From: Syntrophaceae bacterium UBA2188
GTDB lineage: Bacteria > Desulfobacterota > BSN033 > UBA1163
Reading direction: 5' to 3'
DNA: 64,000 nt
Assembly: GCA_002327985.1 (NCBI GenBank)
Contig: DCVM01000012.1
Span: 29-64,028, forward strand
A program made the translations under genes and the position numbers. The notes beneath the pieces were generated by a model. The model saw only the letters and a program-made list of their open reading frames with translations. It ran no database searches and was not told the DNA's origin. Numbering within the stretch: position 1 is the first letter of the stretch; each line of letters opens with the position of its first letter. Positions 58,518-64,000 of this stretch are shown in pieces.

Positions 58518-59132
58518 TTATTTTCTCTTGGCCTCTTCCATGGAGTGGAGGTATTCTTCGATGACCTTCTGGGGGTCTAATCCCAGGGACTGAGCATAAT
58601 TTCTTAAAAACCCCTTGAGATAGACCAAGGCTGGGAGTTTGTCAAAGGCCTCTTCCTCAATCCACTCCAAAACCTTTATACTAATCTTTGTCTCCTTAGA
58701 GATGTTTTGGAGTTCAATCCCCATCCTTTCCCGAACCTGCATTAGGGTCTTTCCGTGATAAACCCCCTCTTCTACATTGAACGAAAGTCCGGTGAAAGAA
58801 AGGGAGGTCTTTTTTCCATGGGGCATCCCATGGGTTTCAGGAGGCTTTTCGGGTGGCGGGTACCCAACCATCTGGAAATGGGACTGGTCGTAACTTTTCC
58901 GTAATGCCTCGTCATTGAGAACCCGAAAAGCCTCTTCAACAGCCTCTTGTATTTCCTTCACCTCCTCATCGGAAAAGAGGGAATAGACAGCCATGGATTC
59001 GCTGTGAAACGTCTCTTTGGCATGTTCATAAGCCCTCTGTATTTCTTTGGCCGTAGCGGTCGGACTGACTTCCAAGATCTCATAATACGTCTGGTCTTTA
59101 ATACTCTTGATGCTCATATCCGGTAAAATCAA
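58518..59132 (-). CDS. RodZ-like HTH (HTH_25/XRE) protein with degenerate J-domain-like N-terminus
   Basis: C-terminal ISKETKISIKVLEWIEEEAFDKLPALVYLKGFLRNYAQSLGLD matches RodZ N-terminal HTH; N-terminal YYEILEVSPTATAKEIQRAYEHAK resembles DnaJ J-domain but lacks HPD; start overlaps (ATGA) the upstream ATPase gene. Confidence 0.5.
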   Translation of the reverse strand: MILPDMSIKSIKDQTYYEILEVSPTATAKEIQRAYEHAKETFHSESMAVYSLFSDEEVKEIQEAVEEAFRVLNDEALRKSYDQSHFQMVGYPPPEKPPETHGMPHGKKTSLSFTGLSFNVEEGVYHGKTLMQVRERMGIELQNISKETKISIKVLEWIEEEAFDKLPALVYLKGFLRNYAQSLGLDPQKVIEEYLHSMEEAKRK

Positions 59133-60091
59133 ACCCCCTTCTCATAGCTATTTGCTAATTTGGAGGCGATCTCCATCACACATTGAGCCGCCCTGGACCT
59201 CGAGTTTTCTAAAACCAGAGGCTTCCTTCGCCGGATGGAATGACTCACATCTTGGTCGTAGACGATATAGCCCAAATAGTGAAGATGAATGCCAAAATAT
59301 TTCAGACAAGCGCTTCGAATCGAAAAACCAATCTCAATATCCTTCTTTGAACGGGCTTGGTTCAGAATGAGATTCGGGTGAAAGGTTTCGGCTTCTTCGA
59401 CGATCCGTTGGGCATCCGCCTCATCGATTCGCTTCACCGCTTTAATGAGTTCATGAGGGTTTTGAATTCCCCTTTCATTCTTACGATCCATCAGACCATC
59501 GATCAGGGTCTTGACCTCTGAGGAGGAAACCGATTGTTTCAGTCTCCGATAGAACGCACTTTTGAGAAACCGATATGTATTTTCGATCGAAGTGGGTTCA
59601 GGGGTAACCACCAGAATCCCTCCATCAGACATCAAGAAGAAATCTAAAACACTCAAAGAGTTGCCCGCTCCTAAATCCACGAGGATCGTATCGCTATCCA
59701 GATTTTGAATGGAGCGAATGAGTTTTCGTTTCTGAACGCTCTTTGCATCTGCGGCATTGAGCAGGTCTTGTGCACCGGTCAGAAGTTGAACGTTGGGAAT
59801 GGGGGTGGGGATAAGAACTTCACGAAGATGGGAAACCCTCTTTTTAATAAAGTCAGAGAGGGTAAAGGCTGGAGGAGAAATACCCAGAAAGGTGTGGAGA
59901 TTGGCTCCACCTAGGTCGGCATCAATGAGAGCAACACGGATTCCAAGCTTCGAAAGACAGATACCCATATTGGCTGTGATGAAACTCTTTCCACTTCCTC
60001 CCTTGCCACCACCGATGGTCCAGATCATCTTCCGGTTGCGAAACTGATTCGACCCCACCCTGAACCCCTTCTTCATCTCCCGCCCCCCCAT
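59129..60091 (-). CDS. MinD/ParA-family P-loop ATPase
   Basis: Deviant Walker A GGGKGGSGKS, IDADLGGANL; translationally coupled on both sides. Confidence 0.8.
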   Translation of the reverse strand: MGGREMKKGFRVGSNQFRNRKMIWTIGGGKGGSGKSFITANMGICLSKLGIRVALIDADLGGANLHTFLGISPPAFTLSDFIKKRVSHLREVLIPTPIPNVQLLTGAQDLLNAADAKSVQKRKLIRSIQNLDSDTILVDLGAGNSLSVLDFFLMSDGGILVVTPEPTSIENTYRFLKSAFYRRLKQSVSSSEVKTLIDGLMDRKNERGIQNPHELIKAVKRIDEADAQRIVEEAETFHPNLILNQARSKKDIEIGFSIRSACLKYFGIHLHYLGYIVYDQDVSHSIRRRKPLVLENSRSRAAQCVMEIASKLANSYEKGV

Positions 60092-60093
60092 GA

Positions 60094-61143
60094 CTAAACG
60101 GGAGGTTGCGGGGATGATCCATTTTCTATTTCATTCCATATGCCGTCAATCTTTCCATGACAATGACGGCATGCCCCATTCACGACATCATTTTTTGTCA
60201 CTCGAAATCCAGTCCGTTCAATCAACCTAAGGCCACAGTGGGGGCAGAAGGTATCTTCACCTTCCTCTCCGGGATTATTTCCACAATAGACATATCGGAG
60301 CCCTGCCTTGATCCCAATCTTCCTGGCTCGTTGCAACGACGAAGCAGGAGTTCTTGGAAGATTCAGCATCTTGTGGGTGGGATAAAAAGCGGAGATATGC
60401 CATGGCACCTCTATCCCCAAGGAGACGATGAATTGAGCTATTTCCTCAAACTCCTGATCTGAGTCGTTGAGGGTAGGAATGACAAGGGTGGTGATCTCCA
60501 CCCAAATCCCCATCTGTTTCATCCGTTTGAGGTTCTCCAGAACTGGATTCAAGGTTGCCCCGCAGATCTCTCTATAAAATTTATCTCTGAAACTTTTTAA
60601 ATCGACATTGGCTGCATCTAAGCAAGGCTGGAGGGTTTGGAGGGCTTCCTCCGTCATATACCCATTAGTAACAAAAATATTTTTAATTTTCTCATGAGCG
60701 GCCAGACGTGCTGTCTCGTAGGCATATTCGAAATAGATGGTCGGCTCTGTATAGGTGTAGGAGATGGATTGGCATCCGTATTGTTTGGTTAAAGAAATAA
60801 TTTTAGGGGGAGAGAGGTCAGATCCCTCAATCTGACCCTCTCGACCTCTCGGCATCTGAGAAATTTCATGATTTTGACACTGGAGGCACCTGAAATTACA
60901 ACCGACAGTGGCTATAGAGAAAGAACTTGATCCTGGAAAAAGATGAAAGAGGGGTTTCTTCTCAATGGGGTCCACATTCAGCGAGATGGCACGGCCATAG
61001 ACGAGTGTATAAAGCTTTCCTTCCCGATTCTCTCGAACGCCACAGAGTCCTCTTTTCGAAAGGGAGATGGTACATCGATGATGGCAGAGTCCACATTGCA
61101 CCTTTCCATCCTTAAGAGGACTGTAAAACATCGCTTCTTTCAT
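60094..61143 (-). CDS. amrS: AmmeMemoRadiSam-system radical SAM enzyme (AmrS-type, PFL-activase-like)
   Basis: N-terminal CGLCHHRC...GLCGVREN, radical SAM GCNFRCLQCQNH, C-terminal CPHCG...CRHCHG zinc ribbon. Confidence 0.7.
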   Translation of the reverse strand: MKEAMFYSPLKDGKVQCGLCHHRCTISLSKRGLCGVRENREGKLYTLVYGRAISLNVDPIEKKPLFHLFPGSSSFSIATVGCNFRCLQCQNHEISQMPRGREGQIEGSDLSPPKIISLTKQYGCQSISYTYTEPTIYFEYAYETARLAAHEKIKNIFVTNGYMTEEALQTLQPCLDAANVDLKSFRDKFYREICGATLNPVLENLKRMKQMGIWVEITTLVIPTLNDSDQEFEEIAQFIVSLGIEVPWHISAFYPTHKMLNLPRTPASSLQRARKIGIKAGLRYVYCGNNPGEEGEDTFCPHCGLRLIERTGFRVTKNDVVNGACRHCHGKIDGIWNEIENGSSPQPPV

Positions 61144-61198
61144 ATCATCTTTCCAATCTCCGGACAGGACATGTCCTGATTAAAAAAAGAGGCGAACA

Positions 61199-62383
61199 CT
61201 AAAGATCGAAATGAGGAAGTTGCTTAAGAACGAATTCTCTGATGACCTGTGGCTTGGGAAAGCCTCCAAGGATCTTGTTGTTCTGGACAAAAGGGACGAG
61301 AAGCTCTTTAAACCGACCGCCACAAGAACATCGGTCTGCATCCGGGGTAGACCGCCTTCGGTTCTTCTTAAAAGGAACTATTTTATCTTGAAAACATTTC
61401 GAGCAACGGAGGACACTTTTTGATCCTGACATCTTCCCCCTCTTTGCCAGAGGTTTTCCATCGATTTCGACGATGTCCATTGCAAAGTCGATCACCCGTG
61501 CATTGGTGATGGATGTCCCCACCCCGTAGGCATCCACCAGAGGATTCAGGGCAAGGATTCGCTTCTCATCTAACCCACCGCTGACATAAATTTGAACATG
61601 ACCGAATCCCCTTAAATTCAGTTCCCAACGAATCTCCTCAATGATCTTCTGAAAATCACCTCGCCTCGAACTGGGGGTATCCAGCCGGATCCCAAAAAGT
61701 TTCTTCCCAAGTGCCTCAGCCACTCGAATGGATTCTATCTTTTCATCATTAAAAGTGTCAACCAGAGAAACCCGTCTCACTTTCGGCTGGATCACTTCAT
61801 CAAAAGCCTTGGTCGCCTCCACGGTATCCCCCATGATCAGGATCAATGCATGGGGCATGGTTCCCGAGGGTTCCTCGCCGATCAACTCGGCGTTCTTTAC
61901 CACCGATATCCCATCACAGCCACCGATGAAAGCATTTCGCTCTACCATGGGCGCCACGACGGGGTGGATTCGCCTCGCACCAAAGCTGATCACTTTTCGT
62001 TCCCCGGCTGCTTTTTTGCAGCGAGCAGCCTTCGTCGCCACGCCTGAGGCCTGACAGAGAAGTCCCAAGAGAGACGTCTCATAGAGGCCAAAATCTGTGT
62101 ACATCCCCTCGATCTCCATCACGGATTCAAAAGCCCGAAAGATCGTCCCCTCTTTCATCGATCGGACACTGATTTTCAAATCTTTCAGAAGATAAGCTGC
62201 TTCCTCGATCCCGGCTAAGACCCCCCATGCGTAATCCTCAGGAAACCGTTTGGCAATGAATTCAGCCTTCACCCATTTATCAATCTTTTTTGCTTTGAGG
62301 ACTTGCATCGTCCTGACAAAATAGATATCGGTCAATCTGCCTTCCTTGATTTCCTTTGGGTCCGCCGTATGGAACATGCGCAT
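61199..62383 (-). CDS. nicotinate phosphoribosyltransferase (archaeal-type) with C-terminal zinc ribbon
   Basis: NAPRTase core (SGGLDEKRI, GVGTSI) and C-terminal CSKC...CSCGG; start uncertain (track start 62434). Confidence 0.75.
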   Translation of the reverse strand: MRMFHTADPKEIKEGRLTDIYFVRTMQVLKAKKIDKWVKAEFIAKRFPEDYAWGVLAGIEEAAYLLKDLKISVRSMKEGTIFRAFESVMEIEGMYTDFGLYETSLLGLLCQASGVATKAARCKKAAGERKVISFGARRIHPVVAPMVERNAFIGGCDGISVVKNAELIGEEPSGTMPHALILIMGDTVEATKAFDEVIQPKVRRVSLVDTFNDEKIESIRVAEALGKKLFGIRLDTPSSRRGDFQKIIEEIRWELNLRGFGHVQIYVSGGLDEKRILALNPLVDAYGVGTSITNARVIDFAMDIVEIDGKPLAKRGKMSGSKSVLRCSKCFQDKIVPFKKNRRRSTPDADRCSCGGRFKELLVPFVQNNKILGGFPKPQVIREFVLKQLPHFDL

Positions 62384-62665
62384 GGCTCCAAAAATAAAAT
62401 TTGGATTTCCTTTTATATAACAGAAATTTATCAACCCTGTCTATAAAAATATTTCACTGACCCCTGTTTGAAAAATAAGAAAGGAGCAAAAAGGGAGGAG
62501 CCATCATCCCCGCGGCTCGCCCCGTTAAAAGGTGGTAAGCAAAAGAACTCCTGGTTCACAATGAAAATTTTATAACGGGATAAGGCTCTTATTCAGAATG
62601 CATTTATCAAAAAAAGCGATGGGGTTGGATGAGCGAAGGGGGCCATGGCGGGTGCTTCCCTTGGA

Positions 62666-63475
62666 TCAGAGAGAATCTGCACCCTGCCCTGCTTTGGCAT
62701 ATCCTTTTTTCTTCTGGTTCGTGTCATAGATGATTCTCAGCCCTTCCAAGGTTAAAAATTCATTGACCTCTTCAATCATTTCAGATTCATCCGCAATGAG
62801 TTTGGCCAGACCTCCTGTGGCAATCACCTTAGGATTCGATCGCACCTCTTTCTTCATTCTTCTGACGATCTCATCGACCAATCCGACATAACCAAAAAAA
62901 ATGCCAGACTGCATACTGTGGACAGTATCCTTTCCGATGACCTGTTTCGGTTTGACAATCTCAACCCGGGGCAACTTTGAAGTTCTCTGGAACAAGGCCT
63001 CTGCCGAAATCCCAATTCCTGGCGCTATGGCACCTCCCATATATTCACCTCGCGCAGTGACGTAGTCGAAGGTTGTGGCAGTTCCGAAATCGACCACGAT
63101 TAAACTCTTTTTGTATCGCTTGTAGGCAGCCACGGCATTGACAATCCGGTCTGCTCCCACCTCCGCAGGATTCTCGTAGGCAATGACTATTCCTGTATCA
63201 ATGTCAGGTCCAACAATAAGGGGTTTGACATGAAAGTATTTTTCTGCCATTCCCTGCAGCATGTCCAACACCGGAGGGACGACCGAAGAGATGATTAACC
63301 CTCGAAAATCTTCCATGTTGAGATGATCAAATAAGAAGAGATCCCGAAACAGAATGCCCCATTCATCGGCCGTCTTTCCCCTTTCTGTTGCAATCCGCCA
63401 ATGATCCACTAATACCTCCCGATCGTACACCCCCAAGACGGTATTCGTATTCCCCACATCAATGACTAGCAGCAT
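62666..63475 (-). CDS. coaX: type III pantothenate kinase
   Basis: [33 protein letters not shown] motifs. Confidence 0.9.
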   Translation of the reverse strand: MLLVIDVGNTNTVLGVYDREVLVDHWRIATERGKTADEWGILFRDLFLFDHLNMEDFRGLIISSVVPPVLDMLQGMAEKYFHVKPLIVGPDIDTGIVIAYENPAEVGADRIVNAVAAYKRYKKSLIVVDFGTATTFDYVTARGEYMGGAIAPGIGISAEALFQRTSKLPRVEIVKPKQVIGKDTVHSMQSGIFFGYVGLVDEIVRRMKKEVRSNPKVIATGGLAKLIADESEMIEEVNEFLTLEGLRIIYDTNQKKKGYAKAGQGADSL

Positions 63476-63567
63476 AAAATCCCTCCTACGGATGACGCCA
63501 AATAGTCCCCAGTCTTATAGCCGTGTAGTGAAAAAATATGGAACGGTGAGGCTATTTGACGATGAGA

Positions 63568-64000
63568 CTACAAGACTTCTGTTTTCGTCTTATATTCTAC
63601 ATCTCCTGCAACCACTCTTGTTCGTTTCCCATCTTCCGTTTCCAAAATCAAGGCTCCGTCAGAATCTATTTCCACTGCCGTGCCGGTCAACACTTTCCCA
63701 AAAGAGGTGACCTTGACCTGTCTCCCCTGGATACGAGCCCGATCTCTCCATGCCTTCAGAATAACCTCACTGTCTTCTTTTAAAAATATCGAATACCACT
63801 TTTCCAATTCCAGTAAAAGGGATCGGAGAAACATCTTTCTTGAAATCGGCTGGCCCATCTCAATCTTTAATGAAGTGGAAACAGCCCGAATCTCTTTTGA
63901 AAATATCTGATGGTCCATATTGAGGTTCACACCAATCCCGAGGATGACAAAATGAATTCGGTCCATTTCCGAATGGATCTCGTTGAGGAGCCCTGCTATT
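63568..64000 (-). CDS. birA: biotin--[acetyl-CoA-carboxylase] ligase, C-terminal part (gene continues beyond window end)
   Basis: GIGVNLN catalytic-domain motif plus C-terminal SH3-like domain; birA-coaX adjacency is common; reading frame stays open to position 64000. Confidence 0.7.
   Translation of the reverse strand, partial: IAGLLNEIHSEMDRIHFVILGIGVNLNMDHQIFSKEIRAVSTSLKIEMGQPISRKMFLRSLLLELEKWYSIFLKEDSEVILKAWRDRARIQGRQVKVTSFGKVLTGTAVEIDSDGALILETEDGKRTRVVAGDVEYKTKTEVL

Noticed and set aside
58361-58564. 67-aa plus-strand ORF after trxA
   Set aside because: No RBS, overlaps the 3' end of the convergent RodZ-like gene, and has no recognisable features. Likely spurious.
58518-59132. N-terminus of the RodZ-like protein as a bona fide DnaJ J-domain
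   Set aside because: The catalytic HPD tripeptide is absent (YEHAKETFHSE instead of KYHPDK). It is described as J-like or degenerate only.
1-64000. Search for tRNA, rRNA, CRISPR arrays, IS elements, integrases and toxin-antitoxin pairs
   Set aside because: No T-loop/anticodon-stem candidates were found by eye in the longer intergenic regions. No direct-repeat arrays beyond the two short repeat clusters reported above were found. No transposase, integrase or recombinase-like ORFs were found.

Overview
This 64-kb window of a bacterial chromosome is read almost entirely on the minus strand (about 55 of 60 genes) and is densely packed. The likely source is a diderm anaerobe, judged from the TolC, LPS heptosyltransferase, DUF1302 outer-membrane protein and acetoin-dehydrogenase-type (Aco-like) genes. 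No rRNA, tRNA, CRISPR array, transposase or integrase is visible. The window divides into five blocks. (1) Positions 128-23232 hold a large catabolic island. It carries three paralogous acetoin-dehydrogenase-type TPP E1 alpha/beta pairs that share a single E2, E3 and lipB. It also carries a TetR regulator, two acyl-CoA dehydrogenases, an MDR alcohol dehydrogenase, a crotonase, a Cys-rich unknown protein, several SDRs, two tandem nearly identical acyl-CoA ligases, and an OYE-like enoate/dienoyl-CoA reductase. (2) Positions 23261-32669 hold a lactonase and two SDRs, followed by the uncharacterised envelope module DUF1329 / DUF1302 / SSD-type RND(MMPL) transporter / BNR (Ycf48-like) propeller. 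(3) Positions 33063-39444 hold a classical TetR-controlled AcrAB-TolC-type efflux operon. (4) Positions 39584-42520 are poorly characterised. They contain a PhoU-like helical protein, a PHP-domain EndoQ-like protein, a Cys-rich fragment resembling the N-terminus of a radical-SAM activase, and a 272-bp structured-looking intergenic region. (5) Positions 42263-64000 hold housekeeping and envelope genes: a standalone EF-Tu domain-2-like protein, GT9 heptosyltransferase, TPR, response regulator, M23 peptidase, GalT, trmFO, topA, dprA, LysM, a TrmN6-like methyltransferase, ispB, trxA, nicotinate phosphoribosyltransferase, coaX and partial birA. Two oddities sit in block 5. An antisense B12-binding radical SAM gene is inserted into the dprA-topA-trmFO synteny. 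A translationally coupled operon joins an orphan AmmeMemoRadiSam-type radical SAM enzyme (AmrS) to a MinD/ParA-like ATPase and a RodZ-like HTH protein with a degenerate J-domain. All assignments rest on motif recognition in the supplied translations; no database searches were run.
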